The position numbers were made by a program, and so were the translations under genes. A stretch of DNA of 64,000 nt. It comes from Rikenellaceae bacterium (GTDB lineage Bacteria; Bacteroidota; Bacteroidia; Bacteroidales; Rikenellaceae). The notes beneath the pieces are model-generated. The model was not told the origin of the DNA and made no database searches. It worked only from the letters and a program-made list of their open reading frames with translations. The stretch covers positions 3,064 to 67,063 of the forward strand of contig JAISHQ010000091.1 in assembly GCA_031262465.1 (NCBI GenBank). The letters run 5' to 3'. Of this stretch, positions 28,533 to 37,663 are shown piece by piece. Each line of letters begins with the position of its first letter. Within the stretch, counting starts at the first letter, position 1.

Positions 28533-29843
28533 CTATCCGATTTTGTAGTAGGTAAAACCGTTATCGGCCATCTCGCGTTTATCGTATATGTTTCGCCCGT
28601 CGATAACTATAGGTTCTCTCATGGTCTTCTTCATCACGCTGTAACTCGGTACACGGAACTCCTTCCACTCGGTTACTAACATTAGGGCATCGGCATCAAG
28701 AACAGCTTCATACTTATCCGTGCAGTATATCATTTTATCTCCCACACGACGACGGCACTCGTCCATGGCTATCGGGTCGTACACTTTGACGGTTACTCCT
28801 TCCTGAATCAGTTTATCGATCAGCACGATTGCCGGAGCCTCTCGCATATCGTCGGTCTCGGGTTTGAAGGCCAAGCCCCAAACTGCCACCGTTTTGCCTT
28901 TGAGGTCACCGTTGTAGTGTTTCGACAGCTTTTCGAACAGGATGGATTTCTGTTTTTCATTGACTTCCTCTACGGCTTTGAGAACTTTCATCTCATAGCC
29001 ATTCTGATCGGCAGTCTTGATGAGTGCTTTGACATCTTTCGGGAAGCAACTGCCGCCATACCCACAACCCGGATAGAGAAACTTATTGCCGATGCGTGTA
29101 TCTGAACCGATGCCTTTTCTGACCATATTCACATCAGCACCCACCATCTCACACAAGTTAGCAATATCGTTCATGAACGATATGCGCGTGGCAAGCATGG
29201 AGTTGGCCGCGTATTTTATCATCTCGGCCGAGGGAATATCGGTTAATATGATTCGATCTCTATTCAACAGAAACGGCCGATATAGACGGGTCATTAGCTC
29301 CTTTGCTCGTTCGCTTTCGACACCCACCACAACCCTATCGGGCGACATAAAGTCACTAATGGCGGCACCCTCTTTCAAAAACTCAGGGTTCGAAGCGACA
29401 TCAAACTCAATCTTTTCACCTCTTTTGTCAAGCTCAGCCTGTATGGCAGCCTTGACCTTCTGCGAGGTACCCACCGGAACGGTCGATTTAGTCACCACCA
29501 ATACATAGTGTTTCATATTTCGGCCAATCGTGCGAGCCACCTCAAGGACATATTTAAGGTCGGCACTTCCATCCTCATCGGGCGGAGTACTCACGGTGTT
29601 AAATACAACCTCCACATCGTCCAATACATCCGCAAGCTCGGTCGTAAATCGGAGAGTGCCAGCCTTTTTGTTTTTGAGCACCATCTCTTCCAGCCCCGGC
29701 TCATATATCGGAATGATGCCGTTCTCCAATTTTTCTATCTTTGCCTTATCGACATCGACACAAGTGACTTCGATGCTCATATCGGCAAAACAAGTTCCGG
29801 ATACAAGGCCTACATAACCGGTTCCTACGATTGCTATTTTCAT
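28533..29843 (-). CDS. ugd: UDP-glucose 6-dehydrogenase
   Basis: 436 aa. MKIAIVGTGYVGLVSG and the catalytic-Cys motif GYGGSCFPKD. Confidence 0.9.
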   Translation of the reverse strand: MKIAIVGTGYVGLVSGTCFADMSIEVTCVDVDKAKIEKLENGIIPIYEPGLEEMVLKNKKAGTLRFTTELADVLDDVEVVFNTVSTPPDEDGSADLKYVLEVARTIGRNMKHYVLVVTKSTVPVGTSQKVKAAIQAELDKRGEKIEFDVASNPEFLKEGAAISDFMSPDRVVVGVESERAKELMTRLYRPFLLNRDRIILTDIPSAEMIKYAANSMLATRISFMNDIANLCEMVGADVNMVRKGIGSDTRIGNKFLYPGCGYGGSCFPKDVKALIKTADQNGYEMKVLKAVEEVNEKQKSILFEKLSKHYNGDLKGKTVAVWGLAFKPETDDMREAPAIVLIDKLIQEGVTVKVYDPIAMDECRRRVGDKMIYCTDKYEAVLDADALMLVTEWKEFRVPSYSVMKKTMREPIVIDGRNIYDKREMADNGFTYYKIG

Positions 29844-31792
29844 GCGATTACTGTCTGTTTTTTAGTTTTGTCGAACTGTTCGAAGACAGAGTTGTTGGAT
29901 TTGTATTCGGGGACGGTTGCTTTCATCAGGCGAACCATGTCGGTAATTTGGAACGTCTTGGCCAGCTCGCCCAGCCGATTCACCACTTCGTTGGCTTTCG
30001 CGTAATCGTATTCGCATACCGTGGCGATGCGGATGCGGTCGTGCGAGGTGGGCAATGTGTTTTCGACATCCGACAGCACCTCTTCGTAGAGTTTCTCGCC
30101 CGGACGCAAGCCCGTGTATTCAATCTGAATATCCTTGCCTGGAATGAACCCGGCCAAGCTAATCATCTTGGTTGCCAAGTCGGCAATTTTGACCGGTTCT
30201 CCCATGTCGAAGACCATGATCTGGTTGCCTTTACTAATCGTTGCGGCCTCCATAACCAGACGGCAGGCCTCGGGGATGGTCATAAAAAACCGGATGATGT
30301 CGGGGTGGGTGACCGTCACCGGGCCGCCCGAGGCGATCTGTTCCCGAAACAGCGGAATTACCGAGCCGTTGGAGCCGAGCACATTACCAAAACGGGTCGT
30401 GATGAATTTCGTGTTCCCCTTGATTTCACCGCGTGACAAGGCTATACCGAGCGACTGAACATAGATTTCGGCCAGCCGTTTGGTGCAACCCATGATGTTG
30501 GTCGGGTTGACCGCTTTGTCGGTCGAAATCATCACCATCTTCTCGACATTGTATTGCAGGCATTTGTTGGCCACGTTGCGCGAGCCGACCACATTCACCG
30601 CGACAGCTTCGCACGGATTCTCCTCCATCAGCGGCACGTGCTTATAGGCCGCCGCATGGAAAACAACCTCGGGACGGTAGGTTCGGAAGGCGACATCCAG
30701 CCGATCTTCCAAGCGCACATCGCCAATCATCGGGACGAAATTGAGCTTGGGGAATTTTTTCTCCAATTCCAGCCGCAACGTATGAATGGGCGTTTCGGCA
30801 TTATCGAACAGGATCAACTGTTTGACACCAAAGGTGGCAAGTTGACGGCACAATTCCGACCCGATCGACCCGGCGGCACCGGTGATCAAAACGCGCTTTC
30901 CGGACAAATTCTCTTTGATTTTGTCCATCGAGATATTGATCTCCTCGCGCCCCAACAGGTCTTCGATGCGCACTTCGCGGACTTTATTTTTACCCGATTC
31001 TGTGCCGACAAATTCGTCCACCTGCGGGGCGATGAGTGTACGGATCGGTCGCTTTCCACCTTTCTCGCAATAGTGTATCAGCCGTTTGCTCTCGGCTTGC
31101 ACATCTTTTGAGGTGGCAAACAATATGGCATCAATGTCGTTTTTTTCAATCACTTGCTCAAATTGACTCTCGTCGGAGAACGTAAAGTTTGGCAACTCCG
31201 AGATGCGGTACGAGTTTAACTTTTTACCGTAATTGATGAATCCGACAACCTTATAGTGCTCGCTCTTTTGCAGGCGTGTTTTGAGTGCCACGCTCTTGTC
31301 GCCGTTGCCGTATATGAGAATGCGTGTCTGGGTTTTGACAATTTTTTTCAATGCCCAGTCATACACGAGCAACATCGTAACCCTCACGCTTACCAGAAAA
31401 AGCATGGTAAGCAGAATGTCGAGTAACACACCTAACCAAAGTGCATTGATGGTAAGATTCACAATCGGCAAGAAATACAACGCCCCGAATAGCAATGCCT
31501 TACTTGAATATATCGCCAAACCGATTGTCCACAGACCTTTCAGCGATGAGTGTCGTATGATGTTATGGTGTGTGCGGTACAGGTAGAAGCAACCCAAACT
31601 AATAACAAAGGAGAGGAGTACGATCCGAAATAAATCGGTTGCTGAAATGGATGTCGGCATAAAATATTTGACCAACAAAAAGGCAAACAAGGTCGCCACA
31701 ACCGACAAACAGACATCAATAGCGAGGACAAACCAGTAACTGAGGTACCGGTTAAATAAAACGTTTTTTGTTATCTTGAGAGAATGACTCAT
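29840..31792 (-). CDS. Membrane-anchored polysaccharide biosynthesis protein CapD/WbpM/PglF type (UDP-GlcNAc 4,6-dehydratase)
   Basis: 650 aa. Four N-terminal TM helices, then a Rossmann domain KRVLITGAAGSIGSEL and MGCTKRLAE. Classic WbpM architecture. Confidence 0.85.
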   Translation of the reverse strand: MSHSLKITKNVLFNRYLSYWFVLAIDVCLSVVATLFAFLLVKYFMPTSISATDLFRIVLLSFVISLGCFYLYRTHHNIIRHSSLKGLWTIGLAIYSSKALLFGALYFLPIVNLTINALWLGVLLDILLTMLFLVSVRVTMLLVYDWALKKIVKTQTRILIYGNGDKSVALKTRLQKSEHYKVVGFINYGKKLNSYRISELPNFTFSDESQFEQVIEKNDIDAILFATSKDVQAESKRLIHYCEKGGKRPIRTLIAPQVDEFVGTESGKNKVREVRIEDLLGREEINISMDKIKENLSGKRVLITGAAGSIGSELCRQLATFGVKQLILFDNAETPIHTLRLELEKKFPKLNFVPMIGDVRLEDRLDVAFRTYRPEVVFHAAAYKHVPLMEENPCEAVAVNVVGSRNVANKCLQYNVEKMVMISTDKAVNPTNIMGCTKRLAEIYVQSLGIALSRGEIKGNTKFITTRFGNVLGSNGSVIPLFREQIASGGPVTVTHPDIIRFFMTIPEACRLVMEAATISKGNQIMVFDMGEPVKIADLATKMISLAGFIPGKDIQIEYTGLRPGEKLYEEVLSDVENTLPTSHDRIRIATVCEYDYAKANEVVNRLGELAKTFQITDMVRLMKATVPEYKSNNSVFEQFDKTKKQTVIA

Positions 31793-31812
31793 AATTCGTT
31801 ACAATCTCTTTA

Positions 31813-32535
31813 TCAAAGATTATTCGCTGATGCTATGTCTTGCAAAGCGTTTAAAGCCTCTTTTTTAATCTCTTTTCGGTTGAGATTTTCTTTCCAGAAT
31901 GAGAGATAGTGTGTGTCGCTGCCTGTCAGGTTGTACATCCCGTTTTCCAACAGCCGTTCCGCCTTTTTCTTTGTCTCGGAGCCATATACGCCAACCAACG
32001 AGAATAAGTTGAGTTGGAACTTCACGTTCATGGCTTTCAGTCGCCCGTAATCCGATTCGCCCATATAGACATACCGTTCGGGGTGAGCCAACACGGGATG
32101 ATAGCCTTTTGACCGGATGCGTTCCAGCGTACCGTACAAATCCATCGGCGGATTTAAAAAAGAAGTTTCTACCAACAAGCTGTCGCCCTTCTCGCCCAAC
32201 GGCAACAGGTCGTTTTGCGCCAAGCGCTCCTCAAAGAGGTTGTCGAGCATATTTTCGGCGGCCAAGTGAAGTTCCACTTTTCCGCCATAAGCCCCTTGCA
32301 ACTCGGCGAAACGTTCCCGCAATTCGGCGGTCGTGTTGGGTATATCCTCCATGATGTGCGGGGTGAGCCAAACGGTTTTTATGCCCAATGTTTCGTACAG
32401 GCTCAGTATCTTCAGCGACTCCTCCAAGGTCTCCACACCGTCGTCCACTCCCGGCAGGATGTGACAGTGCCACTCAGTAAACCCCTGAAATACACCGCTA
32501 TCTTTTAGTGAAGTACGTTTTTGAAATGGCCACAT
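31813..32535 (-). CDS. PHP-family protein-tyrosine phosphatase (CpsB/CapC type)
   Basis: Start set at MWPFQKR (ATG 32535). HCHILPGVDDG is the CpsB signature, followed by HLAAE, AHPERY and GSDTH metal-binding motifs. The Arg-rich 99-codon N-terminal extension of ORF 31813..32832 overlaps upxY and was rejected. Confidence 0.8.
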   Translation of the reverse strand: MWPFQKRTSLKDSGVFQGFTEWHCHILPGVDDGVETLEESLKILSLYETLGIKTVWLTPHIMEDIPNTTAELRERFAELQGAYGGKVELHLAAENMLDNLFEERLAQNDLLPLGEKGDSLLVETSFLNPPMDLYGTLERIRSKGYHPVLAHPERYVYMGESDYGRLKAMNVKFQLNLFSLVGVYGSETKKKAERLLENGMYNLTGSDTHYLSFWKENLNRKEIKKEALNALQDIASANNL

Positions 32536-32540
32536 GATTT

Positions 32541-33101
32541 TTACTTCAAAACCTCTATCAAATCGGGATGCACTTCTGCCGCGACCGCCATCACTCCTTC
32601 GAGCATCACGACCACCCGGCGGTTCCGTTTCCCTTTTACTTGCATGAACACACCCTCCACACCGTCGAACCGGCCGCCGTGGATACGCACGCGCGCACCC
32701 CGCTGGATGTCGATTTCTTCGGGCTTGTAATAAACCGTGGTTTCTTCTTCGTGCTGAGAGGCAATTCGGATAAAGCTGTCCATCTGCTGGTCGGGCACCG
32801 TGATGTATTCCAACCCTGTGCTTTTCTCCCACATGACGAACTGCAAAAAATTATACGATTGCTTAAATTCTGTAATCTGCTTTTGGGAGGCGTGTACAAA
32901 TATCAGGTTGGGAATAACCGGTACGAGCCGTCGGGATTTTACTCCGTGATAGACCCTCACCGCATAATGTTTCGGTATGAAATATTCCAAACCATCCTTG
33001 CCGCTGAGTTTTTCTTCCGCCTTCCGCTCGTTTTTATAGGCACTCATGACGAACCACTGGACTTTCTCGATCTCCTCCCGGCTGGTTATGATGGTACTCA
33101 T
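32541..33101 (-). CDS. UpxY-family (NusG/RfaH-like) transcription antiterminator
   Basis: 186 aa. WFVMSAYKNERKAEEKL...EYFIPK... has the NGN-domain pattern, with a C-terminal KOW-like GARVRIHGGRFDGVEGVF. It is the first gene of the polysaccharide locus, as in Bacteroidales capsule loci. Confidence 0.85.
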   Translation of the reverse strand: MSTIITSREEIEKVQWFVMSAYKNERKAEEKLSGKDGLEYFIPKHYAVRVYHGVKSRRLVPVIPNLIFVHASQKQITEFKQSYNFLQFVMWEKSTGLEYITVPDQQMDSFIRIASQHEEETTVYYKPEEIDIQRGARVRIHGGRFDGVEGVFMQVKGKRNRRVVVMLEGVMAVAAEVHPDLIEVLK

Positions 33102-33617
33102 TGAGGTCAGGTGTTTTCAGGCGATTTCTTTCAGTCAAAAAATACCCTTAGCTCATCCCAATCCGTGTATTGGGCTGTATCTTAGTGCTTTATGTTTTCT
33201 TGCGGCTGTAATCTCAATCATTCATGCCGTCTCAAAGAAAATCATTCACAATCCATCGAACAGCGGTCTGAAACCACCATTTTCAGGTGCCTGTCTTTTT
33301 TAGTCTGATTAACCGAAACCTCTCTACTTGCTTTAGTAAGTCGTTGTTGGGTCTGCCACGTCTGGCTTCACACCCAAGGCGATGTAAAGGTACAACAATT
33401 ATTCGAAAAACCGTATATAACAAACTCTAAGGGCATTTCTAACATGGGTGTTTCGAAGTTTAGAAATTTCGGACAAAGAAAACGAAAAAAAATCATTCCG
33501 CCAACTTCATTTCAGCATCTATTTGTGTTTAATGGCATATTTTATTTACCAAATAAGAGGTTGTATATTTTATGGGAGAAATAATGACCGGACTCGTCAT
33601 ATTGAAGACCGAATCCG

Positions 33618-35246
33618 TTATTCGTATAACAAATCTTTCTTTTTGCGGCGATAGGCGATGTAATAGAGGACGCAAAGGGCGAAGACAAGCAAGCAGATGC
33701 GCCCGGTCATGTCGCCGAAACGGACGTAGAAGGTGATCCGGTCGTTCCGATTGACGACCCCGCTCTGGGCAACGCGCTCGTCCCACCGGGAACGGTCGAT
33801 CACCCGGCCCCGTTGGTCGATGAAGCCGGAGATGCCGGTATTAGCACTGCGGGCGATCGAGCGACGGGTTTCGATGGCGCGCAGGCGGGAGAAGGCGAAG
33901 AGTTGGCGGTGCCCGGCGGTATTCCCCCACCAGGCGTCGTTGCTGATGACAAACAGCGCCTCGGCCCCTTTGTCGACAAAGCCGGTGGTGTACTCCCCGA
34001 AGACCGCCTCCCAGCATATCGGCACACCGACACGAACCCCTCGTTGGGAGGTGAAGATACTGCGCTCGGGGTCGGTGCCCAAGAGGCCACTGGCTCCACC
34101 CAAGTTGACAGAGAGCCGCAACAGCCACGGGAATTGCTGGGCATAAGGCACCATCTCCGCCCCAGCAACCAATTTCGATTTGTGGTATAGGGCAACGGGT
34201 TGATGGGTGTCGATTTGCAGAGCCGTATTATAAATGTCGTACCAAAGGGTCTCGGAGCCGTTTGGGCGGGCGGTCTCGGAAGCCTCCTGCGCCGAAGAAT
34301 AGGTGCGCAGGGTGGTCGCGCCGATGACCATTTCGGCCTCGGGGTATCGTTGGCTCAGGAAACGACGCATCAGGGTGATGTAACTATTGGTTTCGATCCC
34401 GCTTTCAAGCAGTTGCTCGTCGATAGCCGTTTCGGGAGCGACAAAATAGTCGACATCGGACGGGGCATTCATGGCCAAAGAGAGGATGATTCGGGTCTGC
34501 TCCTCGAAAGAGAGCGCCTCGAATTTTTGGTATGGGTCGAAATTGGGCTGAATGACCTCCACCCGCAAGGGGTTTTCTTGCTCCCGATAGCTCCAAAAGA
34601 GGAGCAACGAAAAGAGCAACGGAATGCCGATCCACCCGGCCGGGCGAATCCACAGGCGAAGCGATTTTTGGTGTTTCCACGCCCGAAGTGCCTCGTAAAC
34701 AGCGATGTTACACGCCCACACCCAGACCGACCCGCCCAGCGCGCCGGTGTATTCGTACCACTGCACCGCCTCAATGGAGTTGGCAAAGCCGTTCCCGAGG
34801 ATCAGCCACGGAAAGGTTATTTGGCCGTGCAGGAAGATAAATTCGTACCCGACCCACGCCGAGATCAACACGGCATAAGCCAACGACCGTGGGGCGCGCC
34901 TCCATATATAATGGTATGCCATAAACGGCAGAAAGATCACAAACGTGGTCACCGCCACACAGGCCACGACGATGAAAAAGGCCAGCCCTGCCCCACCGGC
35001 CACCGGCGAGAGCAACACCGAATTGCCGACCCACCACACCGAGAGCGCGCTCCACAACGCAAAGGTTATCAATATGTAGGGCCAAAGACGAACGGGTTTC
35101 CCCCGCCTGTTTTTTGCCGTCGCCAACTCCTGTTGCAGGCAAAAAAGCGGCACAAAGGCGACCAACAGCGTATAACCGGGCAATCCCAGCCACGGCAGGG
35201 ACAACAACACCAGCGAGAGCAGGCAGTATAGAATCCGTTTTTTCAT
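33618..35246 (-). CDS. lnt: Apolipoprotein N-acyltransferase
   Basis: 542 aa. The polytopic N-terminal half is followed by a CN-hydrolase domain (VEVIQPNFDPYQK..., PICWEAVFGEY with the catalytic Cys). Confidence 0.9.
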   Translation of the reverse strand: MKKRILYCLLSLVLLSLPWLGLPGYTLLVAFVPLFCLQQELATAKNRRGKPVRLWPYILITFALWSALSVWWVGNSVLLSPVAGGAGLAFFIVVACVAVTTFVIFLPFMAYHYIWRRAPRSLAYAVLISAWVGYEFIFLHGQITFPWLILGNGFANSIEAVQWYEYTGALGGSVWVWACNIAVYEALRAWKHQKSLRLWIRPAGWIGIPLLFSLLLFWSYREQENPLRVEVIQPNFDPYQKFEALSFEEQTRIILSLAMNAPSDVDYFVAPETAIDEQLLESGIETNSYITLMRRFLSQRYPEAEMVIGATTLRTYSSAQEASETARPNGSETLWYDIYNTALQIDTHQPVALYHKSKLVAGAEMVPYAQQFPWLLRLSVNLGGASGLLGTDPERSIFTSQRGVRVGVPICWEAVFGEYTTGFVDKGAEALFVISNDAWWGNTAGHRQLFAFSRLRAIETRRSIARSANTGISGFIDQRGRVIDRSRWDERVAQSGVVNRNDRITFYVRFGDMTGRICLLVFALCVLYYIAYRRKKKDLLYE

Positions 35247-35329
35247 AACCGTGAAATAATGCCTAAAGATAGGCGTTATTTTCCGAAAGCGGATTCTATT
35301 TTGTAACTTTGTGACCTATCTTTCGGATT

Positions 35330-35986
35330 ATGGAGTGGCTGACTTTTTTGGCAAAAGGCATACTGATTGGTTTTGTGGCGTCGATCCCGTTGGGGCCGGT
35401 GGGCATGGTCTGTATCCAGCGCACGCTCTGCCGAAGCCACCGGTCGGGCTTTCTGTCGGGGGTCGCGGCGGCCACGGCCGACACGATTTTTGCCACCATC
35501 GCCCTCTTTTTTTTGAGTGTGGTGCTGACTTTTGTCCAACGCCACATCGACATACTGAAAGTCTTGGGGGGCATCTGCGTCATCATCATGGGGGTTAATA
35601 TTTTCCTGAAAAACCCGGTGGTGCAGATCCGGAGAAATCGGGCAAACAAAGGGAGTCTCTGGAGCGATTACCTCTCGGTCTTCCTGATTACGCTGACCAA
35701 TCCGGCCTTTATCCTGATGTTTATTGCCCTGTTCGCCACCTTCGGGGTGAGCAGCGAGGGCGATGTACCCTATTTTATGGGAGCCGGGCTAATCGGCGGG
35801 GTGTTCGTTGGGGCATCGTTTTGGTGGCTGGCTCTGACTTCCGGGGTGAGCCTCTTTCGTCGCCGCTTTCGTCCCCGGCATATGCTCTATTTGAACCGCA
35901 TTTCCGGGGCGTTGATCGTTGTGCTCGGTGCCGCCGCCATCCTGAGTCTTTTTATCAACATCTCGGTCGACCAAATGATTCATTGA
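35330..35986 (+). CDS. LysE-family amino-acid exporter
   Basis: 218 aa with 5-6 TM helices. The N-terminal GILIGFVASIPLGPVGMVCIQRTL resembles the LysE/RhtB signature. Confidence 0.75.
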   Translation: MEWLTFLAKGILIGFVASIPLGPVGMVCIQRTLCRSHRSGFLSGVAAATADTIFATIALFFLSVVLTFVQRHIDILKVLGGICVIIMGVNIFLKNPVVQIRRNRANKGSLWSDYLSVFLITLTNPAFILMFIALFATFGVSSEGDVPYFMGAGLIGGVFVGASFWWLALTSGVSLFRRRFRPRHMLYLNRISGALIVVLGAAAILSLFINISVDQMIH

Positions 35987-35992
35987 CAGTTT

Positions 35993-36691
35993 ATGAAAAA
36001 AATAGTTATCGCGATCGACGGCACCTCGTCGAGTGGAAAAAGTTCGTTTGCCCGGCGCATCGCCGCCAAATTGGGCTATATTTTTATCGACACCGGGGCC
36101 ATGTACCGGGCGGTGACGCTCTATGCCATGCGCCGGGGGTGCATCGCGGTTGACGGGACGATCGACACGGAGTGTCTGATTGCCGGCCTGCCCGAAGTGA
36201 CCATTGAATTTCGCCCAAACCCCGTTAGTGGCAACAGCGACATCTACCTGAACGGTGAAAATGTCGAACAACCGATCCGAACCATCGAGGTGAGCGATCG
36301 GGTCAGCGCCGTCAGCCAAATTCCCGCCGTTCGGGAGCAATTGGTTGAGTTGCAACGGCTTATCGGAACAGAAAAAGGGGTGGTGATGGATGGCCGCGAC
36401 ATCGGCACGGTGGTCTTCCCCGATGCCGAACTGAAACTCTTCATGACCGCCGACCCGGAGGTACGGGCCATGCGCCGGTATCGCGAATTGACCGAGCGGG
36501 GCGAAAAAGTGTCGTTGGAGGAGATCATCGAAAACATCCGCAAACGCGATCAGGCCGATATGACCCGCGCCGTCAGCCCCCTGAAAAAGGCTCCCGATGC
36601 CCTGACGCTCGACAACAGCCGCATGAGCCAGGAGGAACAGATGGTTTGGGTCATGGAAAAGATCAACAAATTAACTCAAGGGAACTCCTAA
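35993..36691 (+). CDS. cmk: Cytidylate kinase
   Basis: IAIDGTSSSGKSSFARRIAAKLGYIFIDTGAMYRAVT P-loop and Cmk signature. 232 aa. Confidence 0.9.
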   Translation: MKKIVIAIDGTSSSGKSSFARRIAAKLGYIFIDTGAMYRAVTLYAMRRGCIAVDGTIDTECLIAGLPEVTIEFRPNPVSGNSDIYLNGENVEQPIRTIEVSDRVSAVSQIPAVREQLVELQRLIGTEKGVVMDGRDIGTVVFPDAELKLFMTADPEVRAMRRYRELTERGEKVSLEEIIENIRKRDQADMTRAVSPLKKAPDALTLDNSRMSQEEQMVWVMEKINKLTQGNS

Positions 36692-36711
36692 AATAGGGCG
36701 TTATACGTGCC

Positions 36712-37581
36712 ATGCAGGTCGAAATCGACAAACAATCCGGCTTCTGCTTCGGGGTGGTCACCGCCATCCACAAGGCCGAGGAGTCGCTGAGCGGCGGAAA
36801 GCCTGTCTTTTCGCTGGGCGACATCGTGCACAACCGGGTCGAAGTCTCGCGCTTGGAATCCGAGGGGCTGAAGACCGTCTCTCACGCCGATTTTCCGCGC
36901 CTGCGGGGCGAAACGGTGTTGATCCGCGCCCACGGCGAGCCGCCCTCGACCTATCGGCAGGCCGAGGAGCATGGGATTGTGTTGGTCGATGCCACCTGCC
37001 CGGTGGTCTCCAAATTGCAGGAACGGGTCAAAAAGGCCTTTGAGCAGATGCGCGCCGTGCAGGGGCAAGTGGTTATTTTGGGCAAAAAAGGACACGCCGA
37101 AGTGGTCGGTTTGGCCGGGCAGGCCGAAGGGCAGGCCATCATCATCGAAAACCCCGCCGATCTGGAGCAGATCGACTTCGCCCGCCCCGTCTATTTGCTT
37201 TCGCAGACGACCCAAAGCCTCGCTCTGTTCGAGGCCGTAAAAGCCGAAATTCTCCGCCGCGCGGCAGACCCGGTGCAGGTCGTGGTCAATGATACCATTT
37301 GCCGGCAGGTCTCGAACCGCGACCCGCACCTGCGGAATTTTTCCCGGCAGTACGACGTAATTATCTTCGTGAGTGGCAAAAAAAGCTCCAACGGCAAGGC
37401 CCTTTTTGCCGCCTGCATCGAGTCGAACGCTCGCAGTTACCCCGTCGAGGACGAGCAAGAACTTGACCCCGAATGGTTCACCGGCGCAGATTCGGTCGGT
37501 GTTTGCGGAGCCACCTCCACCCCCAAATGGCTGATGGAACGGGTTGCCGAACATATCCGGCAGATGATGGGCCGCACGTAA
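36712..37581 (+). CDS. ispH: 4-hydroxy-3-methylbut-2-enyl diphosphate reductase
   Basis: 289 aa. GFCFGV, ATCPVV and TICRQVSNR carry the three conserved Cys ligands of IspH/LytB. Confidence 0.95.
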   Translation: MQVEIDKQSGFCFGVVTAIHKAEESLSGGKPVFSLGDIVHNRVEVSRLESEGLKTVSHADFPRLRGETVLIRAHGEPPSTYRQAEEHGIVLVDATCPVVSKLQERVKKAFEQMRAVQGQVVILGKKGHAEVVGLAGQAEGQAIIIENPADLEQIDFARPVYLLSQTTQSLALFEAVKAEILRRAADPVQVVVNDTICRQVSNRDPHLRNFSRQYDVIIFVSGKKSSNGKALFAACIESNARSYPVEDEQELDPEWFTGADSVGVCGATSTPKWLMERVAEHIRQMMGRT

Positions 37582-37602
37582 ATTTCAATCCCCTGAAAAT
37601 AA

Positions 37603-37640
37603 AACCCGCAGGCAAACTGTTTGCCTGCGGGTTCTTTTTT
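37603..37640. terminator. Bidirectional intrinsic terminator
   Basis: AACCCGCAGGCAAA-CTG-TTTGCCTGCGGGTT followed by CTTTTTT and preceded by AAAATAAA. It lies between convergent ispH (+) and the polyferredoxin gene (-). Confidence 0.7.
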
Positions 37641-37663
37641 GTGATAATCTTGCCTCCTTCGGA

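Noticed and set aside
32536-32832. A 99-codon N-terminal extension of the phosphatase ORF (MGEKHRVGIHHGARPADGQ...).
   Set aside because: It overlaps the 3' half of upxY in another frame and is Arg-rich nonsense. The CpsB family begins at MW..., just before HCHILPGVDDG.
33393-33424. A candidate upxY promoter on the minus strand: TTTG-19 nt-TAATTGTTG.
   Set aside because: The -33 box and the spacing are good, but the -7 box has two mismatches to TAnnTTTG. It is too weak to report as a feature without TSS data.
33102-33617. A possible invertible (phase-variable) promoter upstream of upxY, as in Bacteroides fragilis capsule loci.
   Set aside because: I found no pair of inverted repeats of about 15 bp or longer flanking the region, no nearby recombinase gene, and only one ACGT-containing site. 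I cannot exclude short repeats without a computational palindrome scan.
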